From positions 37,202-101,201 of the forward strand of contig JAXLXQ010000008.1 of NCBI GenBank assembly GCA_046327845.1: a stretch of DNA of 64,000 nucleotides, in the 5' to 3' direction. Shown here in pieces: positions 1 through 9,365 of the stretch. This DNA comes from Candidatus Eiseniibacteriota bacterium. Its GTDB lineage: Bacteria; Eisenbacteria; RBG-16-71-46; CAIMUX01. The notes beneath the pieces are model-generated. The model made no database searches. It saw nothing but the letters and a program-made list of their open reading frames with translations, and was not told the DNA's origin. Positions within the stretch are counted from its first letter, which is position 1. The number at the start of each line of letters is the position of its first letter. A program made the translations under genes and the position numbers.

Positions 1-655
1 TCGCGGCGGGCGAGCGGACGTGATCGAGACCTTGATTGGTCATGGCGTGGTCACCGGTCGAGGCGACGGCGATTGTGGATCGTTGCACCTCACCGCCGAC
101 GGTGCCTACGAAAACGGGTTCGCTTGGGACAATCTTGGTGTGCGCGCGCCCTATTTCGGAGGGTTCGCCGAGTGCTACACCGGGGAAGGCGCGGTCTGCG
201 CGGCGATTTTCGATTTCTCGCAGCTCGGGGCTCAGAGCGACGCGACTCTCGATGTCTATCTTTGGGATGACGAGGGCGGTTGCCCCGGGAACGTGATTTG
301 CGTGAAGCGCGACGTTTCGCCAGGCCCGATTGCATTCTGGCCTCAGGTCAGTCGCCACGAGGTCCCGCTCGCGGACTGCTGTGTGCCGTCGACGTGGTGG
401 ATCGGCTACTGGCCGAACTGGCCGAATCAGGGCATCGCTCAGTGGTTCATCGGCGTCGACACGGACGGGCCGACCGCTGGATGCGCGAAGACCTGCGTGG
501 TGCCGGGTATCGGTTTCCCGTCGGGCTGGCAGGACGTGGCGACCATCTGGCAGAGCCCTTGTCAGGCCCTCGGCATCGGCGCGCGGGTCACGCCGTGCAT
601 GCCGGTGGCGGTTGAACGCGGCACGTGGGGGCGCGTGAAGCTCCTCTATCGCTGA
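1..655 (+). CDS. C-terminal part of a Cys/Trp-rich hypothetical protein, probably secreted; 5' end lies outside the window
   Basis: The ORF is open to the window start with no upstream stop in frame. It is rich in Cys and Trp (CCVPSTWWIGYWPNWPN...) and has no recognisable family. Confidence 0.35.
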   Translation, partial: RGGRADVIETLIGHGVVTGRGDGDCGSLHLTADGAYENGFAWDNLGVRAPYFGGFAECYTGEGAVCAAIFDFSQLGAQSDATLDVYLWDDEGGCPGNVICVKRDVSPGPIAFWPQVSRHEVPLADCCVPSTWWIGYWPNWPNQGIAQWFIGVDTDGPTAGCAKTCVVPGIGFPSGWQDVATIWQSPCQALGIGARVTPCMPVAVERGTWGRVKLLYR

Positions 656-747
656 GCACACCAGGGCTCTTCGGAGCGCGGAGAGCGGCCGTGGTACACT
701 TCTTCCGCGGCCGCTTAACCGCAGATCCCCGGAGAAGGAGCCCCCTC

Positions 748-3540
748 GTGCTTCGCAGCGCTCGCCTTGCCTCGCTTCTGACCCTGGCGTTCACCTTCGT
801 AGCCGCGCATGTCGCGCGCGCCACCACGCTCGGTCCCACGGCCCCCGCCTCCCCCGGCGTCGCGCCGTCGATGGCCGACTACCGCACCCACACCGAAGGA
901 GTCGAACTCGACCGCATCGGCATTCGCTTTGCGCCCGACACCGGCGCGCGCGTGCGCGGCGATCGACTGGTCTCGCTCCGCGGCGTCGATCTCGGCACGG
1001 TGGAGGCGATCGTCGCGGCGACGCCGGGCGCGCGACTGGAGCGGCGCTTCCCCTTCAGCGAAGAACAGTGCGCGGCGCTCACCGCGCGGGCCGAGGCCCG
1101 CACGCTGGAGCGCATGCCCGACCTCAATCTCTTCGCACTAGTCACGCGGCCGGCAGCGACGTCGGTCGAAGAGGGGCGCACGCGCCTGGCGAGCCTGCTC
1201 TCGCAGCTCAACGCCGCGCCCGGTGTCGCCGAAGCATGGGGCTTGGTGAAGGGCGAGGTCGCGACGATGCCGAGCGCGAGCGGCACGATGGAGCTGCTGC
1301 GTAGCTCGACCCCCGACTTCTCACCGCTTCAAGGCTATCTCCACGCGCCGCCCTCCGGCTTCTGGGCCGACTCGGTCTGGACCTTCCCCGGCGGGCTGGG
1401 CCAAGGGATCCAGATCCTCGGCATGGAGTGGGGTTGGCTCTGGAGTCACGAAGACTTCCCGGTGCCGTTCTACACCTACAACGATCAAGGACCGAGCGAT
1501 CACGGCACCGCCACGGTCGGCATCTTCGGGTCGCGCCACAATGGCTACGGCGTGAGCGGCATCGCTGGTGAAGCGTCGATCGGCTCGATCTTCCTCGGCG
1601 ACATCGCGGCCGATATCCTCCGCACCTCGACTGTGCTTCAGCCGGGCGACGTCTTCAGCATGTCGATTCAGGTGGGCGGTCCGGTGGGTTGGATGCCGAC
1701 CGAGTGGTGGCCCGATTGCTTCGCCGCGTTCCAGACGGTGGCAGGCCTCGGCATCCTCGGCTGCCAGGCGGCGGGCAACAGCACGGTCGATCTCGATGAT
1801 CCGCTCTACGGCGGCGCCTTCGATCCCCGCGTGCGCAACAGCGGCGCCTTCATCATCGGCGCGGGGACGCCGAACGGACTCGACGCGGAGTGGTTCAGCA
1901 ACTACGGATCGCGCGTGAACCTGCAAGGCTGGGGCTCGTCGGTCGTCACCACTTGCTGCGGCGACCTGCAAGGCGGCGACCCGACGATCAGCTACACCGC
2001 GGGGTTCAACGGCACGTCGAGCGCGACCCCGTGCGTCGCCGGCTGCCTCGCTTCGCTCGAGGGACAGGCGAAGGCGGCCTTCGGCATCGCGATCACGCCG
2101 GCTCTCGCGAACGAGATCATGCGCGCGACCGGATCGCCGCAGGCAGGCGCGAAGCTGATCGGCCCACGCCCCAACCTGGTCGCAGCGCGCGCGCGCTTGC
2201 TGCAGGGATTCGGCGACGTGGTGGTCACGGTGATCGACGGCGACACGCAGCAGCCTCTGCCCGACTGGATCGTCGAGATCGCCGAGACTGGGCGCATCGG
2301 AAAGACCGGCCCTACCGGGCAAATCGCGATGCAGCTCACCTCGGGCAACCTCACCTTCCACGTGCCGGGCACCTTCTACTACGAGGAGTCGAGCGTTCCC
2401 TTCACGGTGCAGGCGGGCGGGCAGCAGGCGATCACCCTCGAGGTGCATCACCTCCCGACCGGTTCGATCGCGGGGCTGGTGCGCAATCAGCAGGGCGCGC
2501 CCATCGCGGGTGCGCGCGTGCTTCTGATGAACACGCCGATCGCGGCGGCAACGACCGACGCGGGCGGCAGCTACGCGTTCACCGGCGTGCCGATCAACGT
2601 AGGCTACACGGCGGTGGCGTCGAACGTGCCGACCAAGGGCGCGGCCTCGAGCGTGCTGGCGGTGAATGCGGGCGGCACCACCGGCTGGAATCCGATCCTG
2701 GTCGATGCGACCACCTTCGAGGCGAACAACGGCAGCTACACGCCGACCAACGAGTGGCAGTGGGGCACGCCCACCTGGCCGAACGGCACGAACAAGCCGA
2801 TCCCCTTCTCCGGAACGAAGGTTTGGGGTACGGATCTCGCCGGCACCTACGATGACCTGGTCACCTCGGTGCTCACCTCGCCGGTGTACAACCTGACCGG
2901 CACGCACCTCACCTTGAGCTTCCACCACTGGATGTGGATCGCGAATGATGACGGTGGCCAAGTCCAAGTGTGGGACGCTGCGCAGAATCGATGGGTGGTG
3001 GTCACCCCGGTCGGCGGTTACCCCGATCCAAGCATCATCATCTTGAACTACGGACCGGGCTACAACGGGGTGCAGACGCACTGGGAACCGGCGGTGTTCA
3101 ACCTCGACCAGTACGCCGGCCATCCGTTCCAATTCCGCTTCTACTTCAAGAGCAACTTCCAGACGAACGGCATCGGTTGGTACATCGACGACGTTGCGCT
3201 CGATACCGGCAATCAGACGGTGGCGGTCGATCTCGCGCCGCCCTCGGCCGCGCGCGTGTTGTGGGCCGGACCGAACCCGAGCGCGGCCGCGAGCGTGATC
3301 CGCTTTGCCGTCGGCACGAGCGGAGCCGACGGCGCGCCGCGGGGCATGGCGCAGTGTGACCTGTACAACGTGGCGGGTGCGCTGGTGCGACGGCTGTCGG
3401 TGCCCCTTAGCGGCTCGGAGAACGAGATCGTGTGGGACGGACGCGACGGGCGCGGCCAGCCGGTCTTGAGCGGCGTCTATCTCTACCGCCTCACCGCCGG
3501 CGGCGAGTCGATGTCGGGACGACTGCTGCGCGTGCGCTAG
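748..3540 (+). CDS. Secreted subtilisin-like S8 serine peptidase with a MAM/immune-inhibitor-like beta-sandwich and a T9SS/FlgD-Ig-like C-terminal domain
   Basis: A GTG start at 748 sits 7 nt after the RBS ggagaaggag and is followed by the signal peptide LRSARLASLLTLAFTFVAAHVARA. S8 motifs are present (HGTATVG, AAGNS, GTSSATPCVAG). The downstream region FHHWMWIANDDGGQVQVWDA resembles M6/MAM-like domains. The C-terminal ~80 aa (CDLYNVAGALVRRL...GVYLYRLTAGGESMSGRLLRV) is a T9SS-type/FlgD-Ig-like sorting domain. Confidence 0.85.
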   Translation: MLRSARLASLLTLAFTFVAAHVARATTLGPTAPASPGVAPSMADYRTHTEGVELDRIGIRFAPDTGARVRGDRLVSLRGVDLGTVEAIVAATPGARLERRFPFSEEQCAALTARAEARTLERMPDLNLFALVTRPAATSVEEGRTRLASLLSQLNAAPGVAEAWGLVKGEVATMPSASGTMELLRSSTPDFSPLQGYLHAPPSGFWADSVWTFPGGLGQGIQILGMEWGWLWSHEDFPVPFYTYNDQGPSDHGTATVGIFGSRHNGYGVSGIAGEASIGSIFLGDIAADILRTSTVLQPGDVFSMSIQVGGPVGWMPTEWWPDCFAAFQTVAGLGILGCQAAGNSTVDLDDPLYGGAFDPRVRNSGAFIIGAGTPNGLDAEWFSNYGSRVNLQGWGSSVVTTCCGDLQGGDPTISYTAGFNGTSSATPCVAGCLASLEGQAKAAFGIAITPALANEIMRATGSPQAGAKLIGPRPNLVAARARLLQGFGDVVVTVIDGDTQQPLPDWIVEIAETGRIGKTGPTGQIAMQLTSGNLTFHVPGTFYYEESSVPFTVQAGGQQAITLEVHHLPTGSIAGLVRNQQGAPIAGARVLLMNTPIAAATTDAGGSYAFTGVPINVGYTAVASNVPTKGAASSVLAVNAGGTTGWNPILVDATTFEANNGSYTPTNEWQWGTPTWPNGTNKPIPFSGTKVWGTDLAGTYDDLVTSVLTSPVYNLTGTHLTLSFHHWMWIANDDGGQVQVWDAAQNRWVVVTPVGGYPDPSIIILNYGPGYNGVQTHWEPAVFNLDQYAGHPFQFRFYFKSNFQTNGIGWYIDDVALDTGNQTVAVDLAPPSAARVLWAGPNPSAAASVIRFAVGTSGADGAPRGMAQCDLYNVAGALVRRLSVPLSGSENEIVWDGRDGRGQPVLSGVYLYRLTAGGESMSGRLLRVR

Positions 3541-3565
3541 TCACGACCCAAGGAACACCAAGGCG

Positions 3566-3596
3566 GGCGGGGCGCCCCATCGTGAGGCCCCGCCCG
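3566..3596. terminator. GC-rich hairpin between convergent genes (gggcggggc-N13-gccccgccc); putative bidirectional intrinsic terminator
   Basis: A 9-bp perfect inverted repeat lies in the 112-bp gap between the end of the + gene at 3540 and the end of the - gene at 3653. There is no U-tract, which is common in high-GC genomes. Confidence 0.4.
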
Positions 3597-3652
3597 TCCC
3601 GTGACCGAGTCCCGCTCGGTCTCTCCGTGCGGAGATGGCGTTTGGGTCGAGA

Positions 3653-4426
3653 TCAGTAGACGAGATATCCCCGCACGTCATCGTGGCTCGAGGTGACGAT
3701 CAGCTGATTGCGGACCGCCGCGTTTGGAGTCGAGAGCGTCACCGCTCCTCCCGCGATGCTCAGAATCGTCGTGTTGCTGTTGAAGGACGCGGTCCCACGG
3801 ATGATCACGCCCGTCCCATCGATGCCCTGCCAGGCGAGGTTGTAGTCGTTCTCGATGCAGTTGACGTAACCGATGTCGTTGATGTGCGGCGACGCGTGAG
3901 GCGCGCTCAGCACGATGGTGAAGGGCAGATAGGGCGGCGTCGTGATGGTCAGACTCCCGCCTCCACCGGCGATGCTGAAGATGTAGGAATGGGCCATGTC
4001 GGCGGCGTGGAGTCCGTCAACCTTGTCCGCTTCAGCCGCGCGACTGGAGTTGAGCGCTGACGGCGCCGAGGCGAGCATGACCCGCGGTGCGAGTTCCGCC
4101 TCACCACCGACCTGCGTGCTCAGCCAGTACTGATGGTCGAACTCCATCGAGAGCGGCGCCACCGCGCCGAGCGTGGCGTTGAACAGGCCGCGCGAGACCG
4201 CGATGACCTGCGTCTCCGCCCACACCGGCGAACCTCCGGTCGCCGCCTCGTACAGCCGGAAGGTGAGCTGGTAGTTGCCGTCGGGCACGAGGCTGGTGTC
4301 AGCGTTTCTCAGGATGCCTTGGTAGCTCATCGTGCGGGGCACGTCGGCCAATGCGCTGCTTGCGATCGACGCAGTGGCGGCGATCACGAGCAGAGCCAGA
4401 AGCAGGATGCTCTTGGTTCGAGCCAT
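3653..4426 (-). CDS. Secreted hypothetical protein (signal peptide; beta-rich, tail-fibre-like composition)
   Basis: An internal ATG at 4426 is preceded by gggagg and followed by the signal peptide MARTKSILLLALLVIAATASIASSALA. The upstream part of the long track ORF is R-rich junk, so the short form is preferred. Confidence 0.55.
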   Translation of the reverse strand: MARTKSILLLALLVIAATASIASSALADVPRTMSYQGILRNADTSLVPDGNYQLTFRLYEAATGGSPVWAETQVIAVSRGLFNATLGAVAPLSMEFDHQYWLSTQVGGEAELAPRVMLASAPSALNSSRAAEADKVDGLHAADMAHSYIFSIAGGGGSLTITTPPYLPFTIVLSAPHASPHINDIGYVNCIENDYNLAWQGIDGTGVIIRGTASFNSNTTILSIAGGAVTLSTPNAAVRNQLIVTSSHDDVRGYLVY

Positions 4427-4431
4427 GGCGC

Positions 4432-4962
4432 TTACCTCCCACCACGGAGCAGCACGAGCCGCTTCGTGTCGCTTACTCCCGGTGCGGTCATTCGACAGAG
4501 ATAGACACCGCTCGGGAGGTTGGTCACCGGCAGCGCGACACGCGCGATGCCCGGGCCGAGGTCTGCGTCCACCAGATCCTTCCGGACGCGTCCCGTCACG
4601 TCGTAGAGCTTCACGCTGACGTGCGCGCGCGCCGGAAGGAGAAGCGAGATCTCGGAGCCCGGCTGGAGCGGGTTGGGCGCGATCTCGAAGGTGGCGAAGC
4701 GTTCGATAGCCGATTGCGGAGGCGGCGGCGCATCGGAGGTGACCAGTCCGAGGACTTGCCAGTATCCGATGTCGATGCGATGACCGCCTGTCACGACGCC
4801 GATGACCGGTTGCGCCAGCGTCGCGTCGAGCCGGTAACTCGGACCGCTCGACATGACGCCACCGCTCCCCAGCACCGACTGACTCATCGTTGTCTCGGCG
4901 TGGGCCGACGTCACCATCAGCCCGAGCAGAGGCAGGAGCAAAACCAACGTGAGTCTCTTCAT
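4432..4962 (-). CDS. Small secreted protein with a T9SS/FlgD-Ig-like C-terminal domain
   Basis: The ATG at 4962 has a ggagg RBS. The signal peptide is MKRLTLVLLLPLLGLMVTSAHA. The C-terminus (FEIAPNPLQPGSEISLLL...VKLYDVTGRVRK...GVYLCRMTAPGVSDTKRLVLL) matches the same CTD family as the S8 peptidase and the 42487..44106 protein. Confidence 0.6.
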   Translation of the reverse strand: MKRLTLVLLLPLLGLMVTSAHAETTMSQSVLGSGGVMSSGPSYRLDATLAQPVIGVVTGGHRIDIGYWQVLGLVTSDAPPPPQSAIERFATFEIAPNPLQPGSEISLLLPARAHVSVKLYDVTGRVRKDLVDADLGPGIARVALPVTNLPSGVYLCRMTAPGVSDTKRLVLLRGGR

Positions 4963-5310
4963 GGGTTCCTCCAATCGACCGGACGAGTCCGGTCGCGTTT
5001 CTTGAACGTCGACAGGTCGCGAAGATCGGCGCTTCGCGAGCCGAGAGTGGGCGGCCCGCGTTCACTCGCCGTCCGGTGGGCTTGATCGATCGCCATGACA
5101 AGCCTCCAGTGAGAGCAGGGTCACTTCGCTTCGGGAGACTCGGGAGGAGAGGAGGGATCGGCGGCAGAGAGATGCTGGACACCTCGCGGCGGCGCGGTCA
5201 ATCCGCAAAATGCATCCTTCTTCAACTCGCTGGGCCTTGCGGTTTCCGGCTTCGATCAGCCATCTTCTCCCCTCGCCGCGAGCAATCCAGAAGGAGAACA
5301 GCAACTTCGC

Positions 5311-7191
5311 ATGCCCCTGCTCGGCCTGAATGGCGCGACCCTCGCGTTCCACGGTCCACCCCTGCTCGATCAGGTGACGCTCACCATCGACGATGGAGAG
5401 CGCATCGGTCTGCTCGGCCGAAACGGCGCGGGCAAGTCGACCCTGCTCAAGCTGCTCGCCGGCACGCTCAAGCCGGACGCGGGCGACATCGCGCGTCAGG
5501 TGGGACTGCGCGTCGCCGGGCTCGAGCAGGATGTGCCGCTCGACCTGGACGGTGCGGTGCGCGCCGTGATGCTCGAGCAGTGCGGCGTGGCCGAGAGTCA
5601 CCATCCGTGGGAGATCGAGACGCGCGTCGACCAGTTGATCGCCGCGCTTGGGCTCGATCCGGAGGTGCCGATCCCAACCCTTTCGGCTGGATCGAAGAGG
5701 CGCGTGCTGCTCGCCACCGCACTCGCGCTCGATCCTGATCTGCTCTTCCTCGACGAGCCGACCAACCACCTCGACATCGAGGCGATCACCCACCTGGAAG
5801 AGGTGCTGGAGCGACGACGCGGCGCGCTCGTCTTCGTCACGCACGATCGAAGCTTCTTGCGGCGCGTCGCCACGCGCATCCTGGATCTGGATCGCGGCTC
5901 GATTCGGAGTTACCGCTTCGGATACGACGCCTATCTGGAGAAGCGCGAAGACGAGCTGCGCGTCGAAGCGGAGCAGGCGGAGCAGTTCGACAAGAAGCTT
6001 GCGCAGGAAGAGGCGTGGCTTCGTCGCGGGATCAAGGCGCGACGCACGCGCAACGAGGGCCGCGTGCGCGCGCTCCTCGCCTTGCGCGACGAGCGCCGCG
6101 CGCGCCGTGAGGTGCAAGGGCGCGCGTCGGCCCAGCTCCAGGAAGCGGAGCGCTCCGGGCGTGTCGTGCTGCGCGCCGATCGGATCTCCTATGCCTACGA
6201 GCGACCGATCGTGCGCGACTTCTCGACCACCGTGCTCCGCGGCGATCGCGTCGGCATCATCGGACCCAACGGGTGCGGCAAGACCACGCTGCTGCGCTTG
6301 CTCTTGGGCGAGCTCGCCCCGCAATCGGGCGAGCTGGTCACCGGTGTGAAGGTGGAGGCGGCGCACTTCGAGCAGCTTCACGACGTGCTCGACGACACAA
6401 AGACGGTCGTCGACAACGTGGCCGACGGACGGGAGATGCTTTCGATCAACGGGCAACCGCGCCACGCGGTTGGCTATCTCCGAGACTTCCTCTTTACCAG
6501 CGAGCAGATACAAGGCCCGGTCACGCGGCTGTCGGGCGGCGAGCGCCGTCGGCTCCAGCTCGCGCGGCTCCTCTCACAGCCGACCAACCTGCTGGTCCTC
6601 GACGAGCCGACCAACGATCTCGACCTCGAGACGCTCGAGCTGCTGGAAGATCTGCTGCTGGAATTCCAGGGGACGCTGCTGGTCGTGTCGCACGATCGCG
6701 AGTTCCTGAACAACGTCGTCACGTCGACCATCGCGTTCGAAGGGGATGGCGAGTGGCGCGAGTATGTCGGCGGGTTCGACGACTGGGTGCGGCAGCGGGC
6801 GAGCGCGGCGAGAGTCGACGCGCGGGGCGCGGAGCGCCCCAGGCGCACAGGCGCAGGCGCCAAGGAGACGCCGACGCCGAATGCCGCCGGCGTCTCGCCC
6901 GATGACTCGGAGAGCGCGGCGAGAGTAGACGTCCTCGCCTCACGTGTGGATCCGCGACCGCGCAGACTGGGCTTCAAGGAGACGCGCGAGCTCGAGTCCT
7001 TGCCGGGGCGCATCGAGTCTCTCGAGGTGGAGAAGGAGCGGCTGGTCGCGTTGCTTGCGTCTCCCGCCCTCTACACGACCCGCGCCGGTGAGGTCGGGCC
7101 GACCAAGGAGCGGCTCGCGGCGGTGGAGAGTGAACTGCACGCCGCGATGGAGCGGTGGATGGAGTTGGAGAGCATCCGTGACGGTCGATAG
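5311..7191 (+). CDS. uup: ABC-F family ATPase (Uup-like; two ABC domains and a C-terminal coiled-coil)
   Basis: There are two Walker A motifs (GRNGAGKST, GPNGCGKTT) and two ABC signature motifs (LSAGSKRRV, LSGGERRRL). There are no TM segments. The C-terminal coiled-coil tail (ELESLPGRIESLEVEKERL...) is typical of Uup. Confidence 0.9.
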   Translation: MPLLGLNGATLAFHGPPLLDQVTLTIDDGERIGLLGRNGAGKSTLLKLLAGTLKPDAGDIARQVGLRVAGLEQDVPLDLDGAVRAVMLEQCGVAESHHPWEIETRVDQLIAALGLDPEVPIPTLSAGSKRRVLLATALALDPDLLFLDEPTNHLDIEAITHLEEVLERRRGALVFVTHDRSFLRRVATRILDLDRGSIRSYRFGYDAYLEKREDELRVEAEQAEQFDKKLAQEEAWLRRGIKARRTRNEGRVRALLALRDERRARREVQGRASAQLQEAERSGRVVLRADRISYAYERPIVRDFSTTVLRGDRVGIIGPNGCGKTTLLRLLLGELAPQSGELVTGVKVEAAHFEQLHDVLDDTKTVVDNVADGREMLSINGQPRHAVGYLRDFLFTSEQIQGPVTRLSGGERRRLQLARLLSQPTNLLVLDEPTNDLDLETLELLEDLLLEFQGTLLVVSHDREFLNNVVTSTIAFEGDGEWREYVGGFDDWVRQRASAARVDARGAERPRRTGAGAKETPTPNAAGVSPDDSESAARVDVLASRVDPRPRRLGFKETRELESLPGRIESLEVEKERLVALLASPALYTTRAGEVGPTKERLAAVESELHAAMERWMELESIRDGR

Positions 7192-7258
7192 CGAACGGGG
7201 GGAACCCGGGGTCGCCCTGGATGCGCAGGCATCCGTCGGTGCGTGTGACCAGACAGAC

Positions 7259-7441
7259 CTACTGAGTGAAGTCGTCCGGATCGCCGTCACACTCCTGGCA
7301 CGGAGGGGGCGGCGGCGGCCCGTTCTGCCCCATCGGCGTCGAACCGGTCGACGAGATCGGCGAGGTCGGCGAGCCCGCGCCGCAAGCCTGCAGGAGCAAG
7401 CCCATCAGCACTGCCGCGAGAAAGTAGCGCGCTGCTTTCAT
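7259..7441 (-). CDS. Possible 60-aa lipoprotein with a Pro-rich, Cys-containing acidic tail
   Basis: MKAARYFLAAVLMGLLLQAC is a lipobox-like signal. This is followed by PPPPPPCQECDGDPDDFTQ. It is short, so it could be spurious. Confidence 0.3.
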   Translation of the reverse strand: MKAARYFLAAVLMGLLLQACGAGSPTSPISSTGSTPMGQNGPPPPPPCQECDGDPDDFTQ

Positions 7442-7744
7442 TCACTTCACCTCCTTTCACGAGGGAGTCCCCGAGCGGGGCTCTTGCCTTCGATCGCTGG
7501 AGCGACGAGATCGACCGAGTGGGATACCGACGGGGAGTCTCGATCTAACGCGGGCGGTCGGCATGGTGTAGAGCTCGGGCTGTGGGATGCACGCCTGTTC
7601 GTCCCGCTCGGCAAGGAACGCCTACCGGGCGCGGGAGATCGGACGGCCCCGGGGGGCGAGGCAGCGGCAGTGCCGCGAAGGTTGGACCGAGGAAGGAGCG
7701 CCGCGTTGGGGCGCGACGAGGCGCGCGGGTGAGAGGGGAACAGA

Positions 7745-8163
7745 GTGTGGGAATTCCGCGCTCCGACCGCGATTCGCGCCAGCGCAGAGGTGATCTGGGA
7801 CATCCTGGTCGCGGGGGAACGCTGGACCGAGTGGAGCAGCCCAATCCTGGAGCGGGAAGGAGGAATCGCCTGGGGTCAGAGGGTCAGGTCTGGGTGAAGG
7901 CAAACCCCGGGCGGGCTTTCCCCGTCCAGGTAGTTAGGTTTGACCGACCGCATCGCTTGGTCTGGTTGGGCGGCATGCCCTTCGGTCTGTTCAAGGGGGA
8001 GCGCACGTACACTCTAGCCCCGCACGATGACGGTCAGACCGAGTTCGCGATGGTCGAGCGCTTCAGCGGCCCCATGTCCCGCAGGATCGAGACCTCGATT
8101 CCAGACCTACAGCCGACGTTCGAGGAGTTCGCTCGCTGCCTGAAGCAGCGCGCGGAGAAGTAG
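7745..8163 (+). pseudogene. SRPBCC (polyketide cyclase/START-like) family protein interrupted by a -1 frameshift near 7875-7890
   Basis: The N-terminal half reads VWEFRAPTAIRASAEVIWDILVAGERWTEWSSPILEREGGIAWGQ in one frame and ends at TGA 7893. The C-terminal half (GQVWVKANPGRAFPVQVVRFDRPHRLVWLGGMPFGLFKGERTYTLAPHDDGQTEFAMVERFSGPM...) reads in the -1 frame. Confidence 0.6.
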
Positions 8164-8180
8164 CCACCCCGGAGGCAGCA

Positions 8181-8591
8181 ATGGCAGGCAAACAAGCAGG
8201 CACTCGAGAGAATCCATGGACACTCAAGACTCCGCCTGGATCTTCCGAATTCGTCGCCTTCCGCGATGAAGCTCTCGATCCGCCGGCACTGGTCGTGCAA
8301 GTCGGCAAGACTGAACTCCGCTATCAGCTCCGCTGCATCGAGGATCTCCACGTCATGCTCAAGAAGCACGCGGACTGGATGCTGCTCGGCAGCGCGGACG
8401 AACAGAAGGACGCGGCCGAGGGCACGGTCGAGGCGTGGGGACGGTCGCCGAAGAACCCGGTCGGTGGGTGGTACGGGCTCAAGAAGGGTCTGCGCGGGCG
8501 CTTCGGAATGTACGTGCCGCCGGTGCTCGAAGCGCTCGGACTCGCCGAGGTCGAGCACAATCCAAAGAACAACCGGATGCGCGCGAAGTAG
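8181..8591 (+). CDS. Hypothetical protein, 136 aa
   Basis: The ORF has protein-like composition (ENPWTLKTPPGSSEFVAFRDE...HADWMLLGSADEQKD...). No family was recognised. Confidence 0.45.
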   Translation: MAGKQAGTRENPWTLKTPPGSSEFVAFRDEALDPPALVVQVGKTELRYQLRCIEDLHVMLKKHADWMLLGSADEQKDAAEGTVEAWGRSPKNPVGGWYGLKKGLRGRFGMYVPPVLEALGLAEVEHNPKNNRMRAK

Positions 8592-9365
8592 AGGCCGGAG
8601 CGTATCGATCCCGGACTTGGCCCGGGACGAACTCAAGGTGACTCAAGGCGCTCTTCCCGGTCGCGATGCCGTCTGCCTTCCGCCCAGGTGAAGCGGTGCT
8701 TGGATCGGAGATGCAGGGCGGGATTCTTGGTCTTCGACCGCACGCGCCGGTACCCCACCGTCGTGTCCTCGCCGCCTCGACGCCAGGTCGACGCTCCCGG
8801 TCGCGCTGACCAGGAGCGGGTGTTCCCCGCCGGGCGCGTCTGGATCCGACCGAACCTCAGGGCGGGGCTCTGATGCCACCTCGTCAGCGGCGCGCCCTGT
8901 TGGCGCAGTGCTCGCGTCGACCGGCGTCGGGTGGGTCGAGCGCTCGACGCCGCCCCGGTCACGTGGGTACCTTCGTACGAGGGTGACATGAGGTACTGCC
9001 AGGGCTTGGTAAGGTTCTTTTTGGTATCATACGGTTCGCATGGCTCGACCGTCTCCGCGCGGCCAGAGGGTCGCTGCGGGACCGGAATGGTTGTTGGACC
9101 CTTCTTCGGTTGAGGTCCCGTCGACGCATCCAGGCACGCCTGGCCCGCATCGTGCTCGGCAGGCTTCCGTTGACGAGAAGCGTCGAGGGATCGACGACGG
9201 CTGTCGCCGCGCGGTCGACCGGGCCTCGGGGCCGGACGTCCTGCTCTCGAATCCAACGACGGGGCGATCGACCGGTCACGGAACGTCGGGTCACTTTGAG
9301 TCCGTCCCGGGCCAAGTTCAGGTTCGTTTGAGCCCGAACCAGCGCGCGCCAACCATGGAGGATCG

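Noticed and set aside
1321-3132. 603-aa ORF on the minus strand
   Set aside because: It is antisense to the well-supported S8 peptidase. The composition is R/A/G-rich with no domain signal. It is a typical high-GC shadow ORF.
5062-6513. 483-aa minus-strand ORF overlapping uup
   Set aside because: It is antisense to an unambiguous ABC-F ATPase and its translation is low-complexity.
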